Source: a virus
IMG/VR virus record: IMGVR_UViG_3300031746_000003
Span: 1-64,000 of that record
Length of the DNA: 64,000 nt
Strand: one strand, 5' to 3'
A program made the translations under genes and the position numbers. Within the stretch, counting starts at the first letter, position 1. Each line of letters begins with the position of its first letter. Below, piece by piece: positions 18,604-28,476 of the stretch. The notes under the pieces are model-generated. The model did no database searches. It saw only the letters and a list, made by a program, of their open reading frames with translations, and was not told the DNA's origin.

Positions 18604-19416
18604 ATGGATGAGCGTACGGAGATCGAAGCTAACCTCGACTTCGAAGGCCATTTCTTAGATGCGCTGAAGCGCATAGGTGTAAAGCCTAGTCCTAAAGCTC
18701 GGCCGTCTTACGACGAGTCCGACGAGTACACAGAGACGATAGACACCACGCTACCTGATGAAAAGAAGGTGGCAGAGGTACTACCCACACCTATCAATCT
18801 TTTTCAGCACCCAGATGCCCATCCAGTAGTTTTAGATCTGGCCTTGCTTCGTAAGTACGGGCCAGAGTGGATGACCTGGGAAGCTGAGACGTTGGTCTGG
18901 CGGATACCACAGGACTTTAGGACGGCTACGGTGAGCGATCTAAATCTATCTAAGATCATGGCCGTTAAGACCATGCACTTCGTAGATACCTTTTGGAAGA
19001 AGTGGGAAGTTTTTGTGTGGTGCGCTATGCCACTGAACAACTTATTTCCTGACTTCAACCATATGCAGGTACCAACTGCAGCTCAGTGCACAGTCGCTGT
19101 AGACATAGCTAACAACATACGTACCGACGTTGAGTGGAGCGACGAGCTCAAGGCGTATCTAGTTACGGTATTCCAGCATGATGACATCTACTATCCGGTA
19201 GACCCTATTGACTTTTTGACTGTGCCCTCTTTAGGCGTACCCGTTGACACCGCAGAGATAGCTACCAAGTGGTCGAAGGTCAGAGCTGCTAAGAGTGCCC
19301 CATCTGGTAGAACTGTGGTGGATGAGCAGCTGCGTCGGTGCCTCACTATAAAAAACTACGTGGACGAGGCTAGGGGTAGGCTGCACAGCCAGTTAAGGTT
19401 TATGCCTAATGTCTAG
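18604..19416 (+). CDS. hypothetical protein in the head module
   Basis: 270 aa ORF coupled within the operon. Confidence 0.65.
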   Translation: MDERTEIEANLDFEGHFLDALKRIGVKPSPKARPSYDESDEYTETIDTTLPDEKKVAEVLPTPINLFQHPDAHPVVLDLALLRKYGPEWMTWEAETLVWRIPQDFRTATVSDLNLSKIMAVKTMHFVDTFWKKWEVFVWCAMPLNNLFPDFNHMQVPTAAQCTVAVDIANNIRTDVEWSDELKAYLVTVFQHDDIYYPVDPIDFLTVPSLGVPVDTAEIATKWSKVRAAKSAPSGRTVVDEQLRRCLTIKNYVDEARGRLHSQLRFMPNV

Positions 19417-20236
19417 GTTGCACTACCAGATGGCTGGGTTTAACGACGAACTGTTAAAGCTAGCTGGAAGATCACCTAAAGCTATGAGTAACTTACTAGC
19501 TGGCACTGGTAAGTTTCTAAAGAGACAGGTACACAGTGTTACTGGCTGGACACCACAAGGTTTCCTGAACCCAGCTGGGGCAAGAGAACTTGGTGCGGGG
19601 GATATCGACAGTTCTCTGCAGGCGGTAAGTGCCGCTCGTAAGAAGCTACAGGCGGCTAGGACTATGCAACCTGGTATGTTAGACCAGTTGATAGGTAACA
19701 CTACGGCTGACGTTCGACGGAAGGCTAAAAGCAAAGCTACAGAAGAGCTAGCCCAGCACAAGAAGGGGTTAGAGCTATCTCATAAAGCCACTAGTATGGG
19801 GCTTACTAGTATCCCAGGGTACCTTAAGTCCCTGGCTACTAATGGCGTTGGAGACACGATAGCTACTGGGGCGCGACAGCAGTGGCACACTAGTGGCCCA
19901 GTCGGTAAAGGCCTTATGTTCGGATTACCAGCTGCCGGTGTAGCTAGTGCGATTGCCAAGAAGCCAGAAGAGGGGCACACTAGACTTGGTGATACTGCGC
20001 TAGCAGCTTCTATGGCACCAATGGGCCCTATACCCTTTGGTGGGCAGATAGCTATGGGGTTGGGCGCTGACAAGTTGTTCAAGCGTAAGCCCAAGGCGCA
20101 GCAGGTTAGGACGCTACTTCCTGAGTACACGCCACCAGCTACGTCTGAAGCCATCTCTCCTGGAGTGGAGCGGTCTGTAAGCCACTCTGCTGCAGGTATG
20201 CCACCGGGTGACATGCTAGGAGGATCTCCAGGATGA
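19409..20236 (+). CDS. putative internal virion protein (N-terminal FxDELxKxA, basic, Gly-zipper C-terminus)
   Basis: GFNDELLKLAG; GLMFGLPAAGVASA. Confidence 0.55.
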   Translation: MSRLHYQMAGFNDELLKLAGRSPKAMSNLLAGTGKFLKRQVHSVTGWTPQGFLNPAGARELGAGDIDSSLQAVSAARKKLQAARTMQPGMLDQLIGNTTADVRRKAKSKATEELAQHKKGLELSHKATSMGLTSIPGYLKSLATNGVGDTIATGARQQWHTSGPVGKGLMFGLPAAGVASAIAKKPEEGHTRLGDTALAASMAPMGPIPFGGQIAMGLGADKLFKRKPKAQQVRTLLPEYTPPATSEAISPGVERSVSHSAAGMPPGDMLGGSPG

Positions 20237-20772
20237 CTCTTGAACAGCTAGTTGTAGAGACGCGCAAGGAGTTTCCTGACTTCGTTGTTAAGGCGAAGGT
20301 GAATAGCAAGTTGATGCTGCTCATCAACCGCTTCCTGCTCATCCTAACGTTCGGTGGGATGAAGACGTTCATGACTACGTACACCACTACGATGGGTAAC
20401 ACTGTGTACGTACCTAGCCAGTGGGCTCTGTGGACTGAGCAGTCTAAGGTGCGCATCTTGAGGCATGAGCGTATTCATATGCGCCAGGCTAAGAAGTACA
20501 CGCGACTTCTGTTTTCTTTTTTGTACCTGTTCGTGCCACTGCCAATAGGCTACGCGTACTTCCGAGCTAAGTTTGAGATGGAGGCCTACGAGGAGACCAT
20601 CAGAGCCGCATTCGAACAGGGTGGTATTAAGGCAGTAGAGGACTCGGAATTTAGAGCTCACATCATTAACCAGTTTACAGGCCCAGCGTACTTGTGGATG
20701 ATGCCAGATCGTGTGAAGATGTTCTCTTGGTACACCAAGACGGTGGCTAAGCTAGAGAGTGAAACCACATGA
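20233..20772 (+). CDS. zincin-like metallopeptidase
   Basis: HERIH (HExxH) plus downstream FEMEAY; hydrophobic segments. Confidence 0.7.
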   Translation: MTLEQLVVETRKEFPDFVVKAKVNSKLMLLINRFLLILTFGGMKTFMTTYTTTMGNTVYVPSQWALWTEQSKVRILRHERIHMRQAKKYTRLLFSFLYLFVPLPIGYAYFRAKFEMEAYEETIRAAFEQGGIKAVEDSEFRAHIINQFTGPAYLWMMPDRVKMFSWYTKTVAKLESETT

Positions 20773-22697
20773 GCTTTGTAGGCGGCGGGTTTGGCATAGG
20801 TACTTCCGGCGGCTCTGGAGCATCGCGCTTCTCCAGTACGCGTGGGCGTATCAATGGGTCACCGGTACAGGGTGTTAACTACCCTAGTCCGTTCTTCGAT
20901 GTCGCCCACACGTACCTGCCCGTCACGTTCAAGCAGATGTTCCGGTGGTGCCGGTACTACTTCTTAACGAATCCACTCATCAACGCCACGGTCTTTAAGC
21001 TCTCTGAGTACCCCATCACGGAGCTGGTTATTGACCATGAGCGTGCTGACGTAGCTGCCAGGTGGACTGAGTACATGCAGGACCACCTGAGGTACCGCGC
21101 ATTCCAGGTAGAGGTTGGTCTCGACTACCACTGTTATGGTAACGCCTTCGTATCCATAGCCTTCCCCTTCAAGAAGTACTTGAAGTGTTTGTCTTGTGGT
21201 AGCTCTGAGGAAGCGCAGAAAACTAGGGCACGTTGGACCTTCACCAACAACGCCTTCAGGTACAACTGCCCAAAGTGTGGGACCACCACAGAGGCTGAGG
21301 CGAAGGACGAGTACTTCAAGAACGCTAGTGGCATTCGGCTACTACGTTGGAACGCTGAGTATGTGGAGATCACGTACAATGAGGTCAGCGGTGAGTACAT
21401 CTACTTCTACACGATCCCTCCCACGCTACGTAATGACGTAGTGATAGGTAAGAAGGACGTAGTAGAGAGCACCCCGCAGGTGTTCCTACAAGCTATGCGT
21501 GAGGGTAAGGGAGTTGTCTTCTCGAAGGACAACTTCTTCCACCTCAAGCGCCCGACACTTGCACAGCAAGATCGTGGGTGGGGTATCCCACTGATTCTCC
21601 CGGTACTTAAAGACACTTTCTACCTGCAGCTAATGAAGAAGGCTCAGGAGGCGATTCTTCTTGAACATATTGTCCCTCTACGCGTGCTGTTCCCACAAGC
21701 TGGGTCTGGGTCCAGTGACCCGTACACAACTATCAATCTCGGGGAGTGGCGTGACCAAGTAGCTTCTGAGATTGGCCGTTGGCGTATGGACCAGAACTAC
21801 ATACCCATCATGCCTTTGCCTCTTGGTAACCAAACCATTGGTGGCGACGGTAAGGCCCTGCTGCTGACGCAAGAGATACAGCAGTGGAGTGAGCAGATCA
21901 TGGTGGGCATGGGAGTACCACGTGAGTTCCTCATTGGTGGTATGAGCTACGCTGGTACCAACGTCTCCATGCGTATGTTGGAGAACGCGTTCTTCGGCTA
22001 CATCCTGCGCCACAAGCAGATGGCTAAGTGGGTCATGAAGATGGTGTCTGGCTACATGGAATGGCCGGAAGCCAACATCCGCTTCAAGCCGTTCAAGATG
22101 GCTGACGACATTCAGCGCAAGGCTCTGATGCTGCAGCTGAACCAGGCACAGAAGATCAGTGACACTACCCTGCTAGCCGACTCTGACCTTAAGCAGGATG
22201 AAGAGAACGGCATCATGCTCCGTGAGACGGACATGAGAGTTGCTGCCACTAAGCAGCAGCAGTTGGCCATGGCTCAGATTCAGGGTGAGGTCCAGGTCAT
22301 CATGGCCAAGGCGCAGGTGAAAGCGCAGCAGGTAGCCATGGAAGCTCAACAGGGTGCTGTTGCTCCTGGTGAACCTGGTGAGGGCTTTGGCCAACAGGTA
22401 CAGAGCCCTATGAACGCCGGGCAGAGTTTGCAGCAGGGTGGGCAGCAGCAAGCTGGTTTGGACATTAACCAGATGGCACAGAGCTACTCTAAGCAGATTC
22501 AATCAATGCCTCCAGGTGACCAAGAGATGGCGATGCAGAACATCACTACTCAGAGCCCAGAGCTCGGGCAGCTAGTTAGGCAGCTGGTAGCACAAGATCG
22601 AAAGAGCGGGCAGCAGGGTACTCCACCAGCACCTGGTGTTGACATGCGCCCTATGCCTGAGCAGCGTGCTCCACGGCGTGCTGCTGGTATGGTGTAG
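20769..22697 (+). CDS. portal protein with Zn-ribbon insertion
   Basis: NPLINATV, DYHCYGNAFV, WGIPLI, IMVGMGVPREFL portal pattern; CLSC/CPKC insert; Gln-rich tail. Confidence 0.8.
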   Translation: MSFVGGGFGIGTSGGSGASRFSSTRGRINGSPVQGVNYPSPFFDVAHTYLPVTFKQMFRWCRYYFLTNPLINATVFKLSEYPITELVIDHERADVAARWTEYMQDHLRYRAFQVEVGLDYHCYGNAFVSIAFPFKKYLKCLSCGSSEEAQKTRARWTFTNNAFRYNCPKCGTTTEAEAKDEYFKNASGIRLLRWNAEYVEITYNEVSGEYIYFYTIPPTLRNDVVIGKKDVVESTPQVFLQAMREGKGVVFSKDNFFHLKRPTLAQQDRGWGIPLILPVLKDTFYLQLMKKAQEAILLEHIVPLRVLFPQAGSGSSDPYTTINLGEWRDQVASEIGRWRMDQNYIPIMPLPLGNQTIGGDGKALLLTQEIQQWSEQIMVGMGVPREFLIGGMSYAGTNVSMRMLENAFFGYILRHKQMAKWVMKMVSGYMEWPEANIRFKPFKMADDIQRKALMLQLNQAQKISDTTLLADSDLKQDEENGIMLRETDMRVAATKQQQLAMAQIQGEVQVIMAKAQVKAQQVAMEAQQGAVAPGEPGEGFGQQVQSPMNAGQSLQQGGQQQAGLDINQMAQSYSKQIQSMPPGDQEMAMQNITTQSPELGQLVRQLVAQDRKSGQQGTPPAPGVDMRPMPEQRAPRRAAGMV

Positions 22698-22699
22698 CC

Positions 22700-24028
22700 A
22701 TGTCTATAAGTATTGTACAGTTTCGTAGTTTTGCTATGGATTTGGAAAAGACTGCTCTTTCTCGCTGGCAAAAGGCATTGTCTGAGGGGCTCGTGAAGCC
22801 GCGAGAATTGGGGATAAGAAGAGCTCTACCAGAGGCTGTACCTACGGCTGTAAAGGCGCTTCAGAACCCTGAACTTGTGGCAGCCAGAGAGAACTTCAGG
22901 AAGATGGCTCCTGTAACCGGTACAGTAGATGTGAAGGGGTTTGATCCTATGCGTAGGATAGACCTTACTAGGAAGTTGAACGAACATAAATATCATGCGT
23001 TGATGACCAACCCAGGGGCAGTTGGTGGTGTGCCTAGTAATCAAGTATCCGCTATAGACCCTGGACCATCAGCGCGTATGCTTGGGTTGCCAGAGGCCGG
23101 TACGCTGCCTTTAAGTCGCGTTGGGGACAAACCAACAGCTGCGGTGCTGCTGAACCCACAAAGACTACAAAGATTTTTGTCACAACACCTATACCCAGGA
23201 CGCGGTGCATTGGCTGTAGCTGGTAAGAAAAACGTGATAAAGGCAGAGCCAACTATTAGGAATGCAGTAGCTAGACATGAATTGGGTGAGGCACAAGGAT
23301 TTATCAGGGGCGAGAATATGCCAACTTCTAGTCATGTCGGTAGAGGTCCTATAGAACAGGAGTTGCAGGCTGTTGCTGGCGACCCAGCGGCGTATAGCGT
23401 AATGAAGGATCTACGCACAAAGAAACAACCACGCCAGTTTGCCAGTAACTCAGCAAATCTTCAGGACGCTAGCTACTTCAATAAACTTACGCAATTTGGT
23501 GTCACACCTGATTCACCTCCAGTTATTGGCGGTTCAGGGCACATTATGTCTAAGGGTAAACAAGTACCTGTAGAGTACGGTAGACAGCATAAAGCTATGA
23601 GGGAACACCTGGTGAACACTGCTGGGAGAGATCCCGCTACGATACAGCAGACTTTATCAAGATGGTCGCCAACTCCCAGTCCTTACGTAGCGACATCACC
23701 GACTTATAAAAAGAACAGAGCGGCTATCACTAAAGCTACGGCACTTTACAGCAATGCTGGCGCAGATGCTGGGCGTAGGTCATTGAGCGATGCTGGGTTT
23801 GGTGAGAGTTTCCCTGCGGCTACAAAAAAATACAAAGCTACTATTCCAGAGGACATCAGTAACTGGCCGCGTGCAAGAAAAAAACTTTTGTATAAGCAGC
23901 TGGACCGCCAATCTGACGATTTCGAAGCAGCGGCGAACGTACTAGATAGAAACGCGACGGCAATAGCACGGGAAAAGAACCCTGGAGATCCTAGGTTTGC
24001 TAATAGAGTTGTTGCTAGTAGGGCTTGA
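22700..24028 (+). CDS. putative internal virion/ejected protein (N-terminal KxA leader, basic cargo)
   Basis: SFAMDLEKTAL leader; RHELGE motif; A-richer codon use than its neighbours. Confidence 0.55.
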   Translation: MSISIVQFRSFAMDLEKTALSRWQKALSEGLVKPRELGIRRALPEAVPTAVKALQNPELVAARENFRKMAPVTGTVDVKGFDPMRRIDLTRKLNEHKYHALMTNPGAVGGVPSNQVSAIDPGPSARMLGLPEAGTLPLSRVGDKPTAAVLLNPQRLQRFLSQHLYPGRGALAVAGKKNVIKAEPTIRNAVARHELGEAQGFIRGENMPTSSHVGRGPIEQELQAVAGDPAAYSVMKDLRTKKQPRQFASNSANLQDASYFNKLTQFGVTPDSPPVIGGSGHIMSKGKQVPVEYGRQHKAMREHLVNTAGRDPATIQQTLSRWSPTPSPYVATSPTYKKNRAAITKATALYSNAGADAGRRSLSDAGFGESFPAATKKYKATIPEDISNWPRARKKLLYKQLDRQSDDFEAAANVLDRNATAIAREKNPGDPRFANRVVASRA

Positions 24029-24063
24029 TAGCTAGAGAAGATTGGCAGTCTCTTCTCTGGGCA

Positions 24064-24627
24064 CTAGTGCTTCCTCTTCCCCACGTAGAGGTAGTCGTGG
24101 AGACCTGGCCACCGCGGTATCCAGTAGCTTTTGGTGCACTCGAACAGCTGGTCCCTCAACTCGAAAAACGCATCGTTCCCCGTGCAGCCGCCCTTGCCCT
24201 CACCCACGAAGATGAGGGTGTTGCCTTCGTAGGCTTTCAGGCAGTCGATCGCCAGACTTGAGTTGTACGGCGGCCAGCAGAGAAACAGTGCCCGGTGTTT
24301 CTCTCCCACCAACTTCTCCGGTCCCCCCTGCAGCACAGGGAAATACTCCGTCTTGGACCCCCTGTGCCAGAGGTTCTCCGCGATGGTCGGTGGGTCTTTG
24401 TCGTATGCTACGACATCGACCCCCTGCTTGGCGATGAGGTGGGCCCAGTACCCACGTCCTGCTCCCACCTCCACAAGGCAGTGGGTGTGGGAGCAGATTA
24501 TGTCAATAGCCCCCTTATCCGGTATCGCCCAGCTGTACCGGTCCACGCACTGCGCGCGAGAGCTGTATGTACCATCCGAGATTGCGAACTCCTGCAGTAA
24601 TGGGTTTGACATGCTGTAACCTTTCAT
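24064..24627 (-). CDS. class I SAM-dependent methyltransferase
   Basis: LVEVGAGRGYWA motif I, VAYD, LFLCWPPY. Confidence 0.75.
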   Translation of the reverse strand: MKGYSMSNPLLQEFAISDGTYSSRAQCVDRYSWAIPDKGAIDIICSHTHCLVEVGAGRGYWAHLIAKQGVDVVAYDKDPPTIAENLWHRGSKTEYFPVLQGGPEKLVGEKHRALFLCWPPYNSSLAIDCLKAYEGNTLIFVGEGKGGCTGNDAFFELRDQLFECTKSYWIPRWPGLHDYLYVGKRKH

Positions 24628-24646
24628 AGGGTGGATTCCCTCATCT

Positions 24647-24676
24647 CTATTATCCCCAAAAACAGCCTAAAATTGA
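24647..24676 (-). promoter_or_regulatory. phage-specific bipartite promoter, copy 3
   Basis: TCAA TTTTAGGCTGTTTTT GGGG ATAA TAG upstream of the methyltransferase. Confidence 0.7.
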
Positions 24677-24679
24677 GCT

Positions 24680-24705
24680 AAAGAAAAGGGTGGCCTAAGC
24701 CACCC
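24680..24705 (-). terminator. intrinsic terminator after the vWA gene
   Basis: GGGTGGC-TTAG-GCCACCC-TTTTCTTT. Confidence 0.8.
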
Positions 24706-24712
24706 CTCCTCT

Positions 24713-26020
24713 CTAGTCCACTTGGTTATACGGCTCTCTGAGCTTGAGGTCGTCACTGACAACTACCAAGTGTCCCCAGTCAGCTGGCTTCCTACCCCAA
24801 CCTGACGGGACTACACACCAGACAACCTCTGTCCCTACTGGTGGAGTAGCTGGGGCATCTCCATCTCCGTCAGTTAGGTAGATGATAACGTCTGGCTTTG
24901 GTCTCAGCTTTAAGGCAGCTGCTATAGCTGGCTTGAAGCTAGTGCCCCCTCTGCCATACAGCTTCAGGTCCGGCACCTCATGAACACTGACTCTTCTTGG
25001 CTCACAAGCTACCTCGGCGTCAGCATCTAACAGCCAGGCGCGTTCTACTCCTAGCTGTTTCAAGATGGCTATGATCTCTGAATTAACAGAGTTGATCTGA
25101 ACATCTCCCATTGACCCTGACGTGTCACGTATCAGGCATATCTCAATCTTGCGGTCTATCATCCCAGGCCTGAGGATGCCTGTGAAGTAAGACCTCTTAG
25201 CTGGGCGACGGAAAGAGTAATCGCGTGTACCAGCAATCGCACGACCACTGGTACGTCTAACTACCCTACCTAGCTTAGTACGCCACGGGATGATGGAAGG
25301 CTGCTCTTCGAAGTCCACCAGGTCTTCTAGACCAGCTGGCATGTACCCACGGTTACTGGCAGTTAGCGTAGACGTGGCTTTCTTAACGTCCTTAGCTGTC
25401 TCCTTCTTGATACGAAGGACATCTGCCGGAGCACGCCCATGCTCTTTAGCTTCTTGGGATGTTCCCTCACCAGCGTGTGGGTTACCAGCACAGCTACCAC
25501 ACTGCCCGTTGGTTACCTGTGGTTTACCGTGGCCCTCACCATCCTTCGTATCGCCATCCTTAGCAGCACCAGCGGTCCCCTCACCTTTCTTACTCTTCTT
25601 TGCTCTGGTCTCTAGCAGATCGTAGTACTGCTCCAGAGAAAGATTAGTAGGGAAGCCGTATTGTTCTGGGTATGCTCCTCCAGCAGGCAGTTGCCAACCA
25701 GCATTTCTGAGGTCCTGGTTTATGGCTATGTCCCCAGCCAGATTAGCCTGGTAGTGGTCTGGTAGTGCATCCAACCTGGCTACGTCGCGCAGAATATGCA
25801 TGCACTCATGCACGAGTAACCCAGCAGCTTCTTCTGCATTGTGCTTCGTGTACCACTCAGGGTCTACGGTCAACACCATGCTTTTGGAAACTCCTAAGGT
25901 ACCTATAGGAGCAAGTACAGGCACTAACCCATAAAGGGTTTTGGCGAAGTACGGTGCGCGAGATACTACTAGAGCCCTGGCTGTTGCCAGGGCCTCCAGG
26001 CATTGCTTTTCTTTATCCAT
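24713..26020 (-). CDS. DUF2201-like metallopeptidase-vWA protein
   Basis: HECMH, DIAINQ, MIDAS DTSGSM, GGTSF, LTDGDG. Confidence 0.85.
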   Translation of the reverse strand: MDKEKQCLEALATARALVVSRAPYFAKTLYGLVPVLAPIGTLGVSKSMVLTVDPEWYTKHNAEEAAGLLVHECMHILRDVARLDALPDHYQANLAGDIAINQDLRNAGWQLPAGGAYPEQYGFPTNLSLEQYYDLLETRAKKSKKGEGTAGAAKDGDTKDGEGHGKPQVTNGQCGSCAGNPHAGEGTSQEAKEHGRAPADVLRIKKETAKDVKKATSTLTASNRGYMPAGLEDLVDFEEQPSIIPWRTKLGRVVRRTSGRAIAGTRDYSFRRPAKRSYFTGILRPGMIDRKIEICLIRDTSGSMGDVQINSVNSEIIAILKQLGVERAWLLDADAEVACEPRRVSVHEVPDLKLYGRGGTSFKPAIAAALKLRPKPDVIIYLTDGDGDAPATPPVGTEVVWCVVPSGWGRKPADWGHLVVVSDDLKLREPYNQVD

Positions 26021-27243
26021 CAGAGGTACTTGGACGCATCACTGAGTCCAACCTTAAGAACGACTTTGGCGGCTACGGCTTCTAGGCTCGCATGGTCTTT
26101 ACGCCCCAGCTTCTTGTTTATCAGAATCTTCACAGCTATACCTGCGATGTCTGTCAGGCCAGCCTCTGTCATGTCGAACAAACGTTCCCATGCTAGGGCA
26201 GCTAGGCGTACACGCTCACTCTTATCGGTAGTCCCCACCACCAGGGCCGTGAAGCTTCCACAGACTGCGATGGACCTATCCAACCTCTTGGAGTCTACCT
26301 TCCAGCCCTTCTCTAGGACGTCAAGGGGATCTGGGAGGTCTGCATCTGCTTCCCACGCGGCCCACTCTGTAGACGCACCCTCACCTACCAGCCCTTGCAC
26401 GAGGATGGTCTCTAGCTGCTTAGGCAGACCTAGACAACGCACTGTGGCGATGGCTCGGCCAGCCATGTACCAAGTGCGTGGTGAAGGCCATGGCAACCCA
26501 GCAGCAGGGCTACCAGGGGCTGGCTGACTGTGGAAGACACTGTTGTTACTGCGCATGAACGCATAGAGGGAGCCTTTTACAGCAGCCCAGTGCCTGTTCC
26601 AGTTCTTCTTAACCAGATCTTCCCCGTTAGTTATGGGGGTTACTGCCACGTCGTCGTCCTCTGACATGAGGTACTCACCCCACTTGTCCACAGGCATCAC
26701 ACCAATATTGAAGTGTGCCATCCTGTTGGCGAACGCAGCTTCTAAAGCCCAACCACCTGCTGCGTGCTCTGGTGGGTTCGCTGCTAGTAGGATTCGGATG
26801 TTATTGGACATCTTCATGTCCCCTACCTTGCGCTCGTACACGGTACTCATAGCAGCACCCTGGACAGCCGGTGGTGCACAGCTGGCCTCATCAATGACCA
26901 GAACACCAGAGCCCACCTCCATAAGCTTACGGATGGCGGGCATCATGCACTCTATCGTGATCCCCTTGGGCCCAGGAACCAGCACACCTGAGAAGTCCTC
27001 AGGCTGCTTAGTAGCCGGGTACACCACCTCGCAGTGCAGCCCAGCCTTGGCTGCACCCAGTTCTATTCGCCCAGTCTTAGCGATGCCGCTAAGCCCCCAG
27101 AAGATGCAGGGCAAACCCCACATGCAGTCTGGACTATTGGGGTCGCCTCTAACCGGTACCAGCAAGGAGCAGTACACGATATCCTCGAAGTACGGCTCTA
27201 CGTCCGGCAGACTGTCCTTCTTCACTACTGTATCTTTGCCCAT
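26020..27243 (-). CDS. MoxR-like AAA+ ATPase
   Basis: GLSGIAKT, IDEAS, AANP, ANRMAH, SPRTW; adjacent to its vWA partner. Confidence 0.85.
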   Translation of the reverse strand: MGKDTVVKKDSLPDVEPYFEDIVYCSLLVPVRGDPNSPDCMWGLPCIFWGLSGIAKTGRIELGAAKAGLHCEVVYPATKQPEDFSGVLVPGPKGITIECMMPAIRKLMEVGSGVLVIDEASCAPPAVQGAAMSTVYERKVGDMKMSNNIRILLAANPPEHAAGGWALEAAFANRMAHFNIGVMPVDKWGEYLMSEDDDVAVTPITNGEDLVKKNWNRHWAAVKGSLYAFMRSNNSVFHSQPAPGSPAAGLPWPSPRTWYMAGRAIATVRCLGLPKQLETILVQGLVGEGASTEWAAWEADADLPDPLDVLEKGWKVDSKRLDRSIAVCGSFTALVVGTTDKSERVRLAALAWERLFDMTEAGLTDIAGIAVKILINKKLGRKDHASLEAVAAKVVLKVGLSDASKYL

Positions 27244-27845
27244 TAGTATTTCCCGTTCGGTGCGTTAACCATGCAGAATTCAGAACACCCATAGCGCCAA
27301 CACCTGAAGTGGGTACCTTCAGCGCACTCGTTACCCTGTGAGATATGCGGCCACAGCCGGAAGTCCTCACTCAGCCTTTTTAGGCAGCTGATACAGATGA
27401 CTGTTGGTGAGTCATCTAAACTACTAAAAGTAGGAGTGCCTTGGTCTTCCGGGGAGCGCTTAGAGCAGTGGAGCTCGCCGTAGGTGGCGAGCCCCATTAC
27501 TTCCACTTCCCGAATGCCACTGGAGCAGCAGCTGCACTCCAGTACAGCGTAATCATCTATTAGTGGTGGGAGGTCTTCTACAGTCTCCCTCAGCTCTTCT
27601 ATCACGTGCTCCCAGCAAGTGAACTCAAAGAAGTGTGGGTTGTAGCCATCTATCGGGCATACCTCGATACCACTAGGTTGTATTGCTGCGTAGCCAACCT
27701 GTAGTAGGTATACCTCATCTGCATACAATATTGTGTCTAGGCAGCTTCTGCAGACATGCCCACTCTTGTACACCTCCCGTTCTAGCGCAGCGTCTATCTC
27801 TAGACTCTCTTCCATAACACGGTCTCGCGTTCGACTCTTAACCAC
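27243..27845 (-). CDS. Cys-rich hypothetical protein (multiple Zn sites)
   Basis: CRSC, CSCC, CISC, C..H.C..C..C. Confidence 0.6.
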   Translation of the reverse strand: MVKSRTRDRVMEESLEIDAALEREVYKSGHVCRSCLDTILYADEVYLLQVGYAAIQPSGIEVCPIDGYNPHFFEFTCWEHVIEELRETVEDLPPLIDDYAVLECSCCSSGIREVEVMGLATYGELHCSKRSPEDQGTPTFSSLDDSPTVICISCLKRLSEDFRLWPHISQGNECAEGTHFRCWRYGCSEFCMVNAPNGKY

Positions 27846-28381
27846 CTACGGTTAATCGTTTCGATCCTCATGTCTGGGTAAGCACCTGTATCCATGTCCA
27901 TGTCCCTCAAGAGCATCACTAGTTCTGTGGCGTCTGCCCCTCGGTCCATATGTAGCCTCCTTGCGATCTCGGTAGACTCCGGTATGAACTCCGGGTACTG
28001 CTGCCGAAGTAGTAGTTCACGCTCGTACAGGTCGTCTGTCAGATCTTCAGTGTCTAGACACAGTCCATACCAGCCAGTATCCGTCGTAGATAGATACTCG
28101 CTATTGAGCCAGGGACACCAATCCCCAGGCTCAGCAATCTCCAGTAGCACCTCCAGATCACGCTGGTTGCAGAACGTGAAGAAGTCCTTCTGGTCCACCA
28201 GTTTTGCTCTAATGCCACCCAGAGCTCTTCCAGGTATAGGTGCGTACAGACTCTGTATTGTCCAGAGCCTACTGCTTATCCCTGGGTCGGCTATTTGATA
28301 GCCTATGATCCCAAAGGATTCCTGAATCATTCTGGTGCCAGGAAATGTGAATAGTGGGTCCTGGGAAGGATTAACCAGCAT
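27800..28381 (-). CDS. hypothetical protein
   Basis: 193 aa ORF in the operon. Confidence 0.6.
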   Translation of the reverse strand: MLVNPSQDPLFTFPGTRMIQESFGIIGYQIADPGISSRLWTIQSLYAPIPGRALGGIRAKLVDQKDFFTFCNQRDLEVLLEIAEPGDWCPWLNSEYLSTTDTGWYGLCLDTEDLTDDLYERELLLRQQYPEFIPESTEIARRLHMDRGADATELVMLLRDMDMDTGAYPDMRIETINRRWLRVERETVLWKRV

Positions 28382-28398
28382 GTTGTCCCTTTGTTTTG

Positions 28399-28476
28399 TT
28401 ATCTTCGTCTAGAACTCACCCACAGAAGTAGTCCGTTGAACACCCCGGTGGTAAACGCCCAGAAGAACAAACCCAC
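28399..28476 (-). CDS. 25 aa hydrophobic microprotein
   Basis: GTG overlaps the upstream TAG; MGLFFWAFTTGVFNGLLLWVSSRRR*. Confidence 0.45.
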   Translation of the reverse strand: MGLFFWAFTTGVFNGLLLWVSSRRR

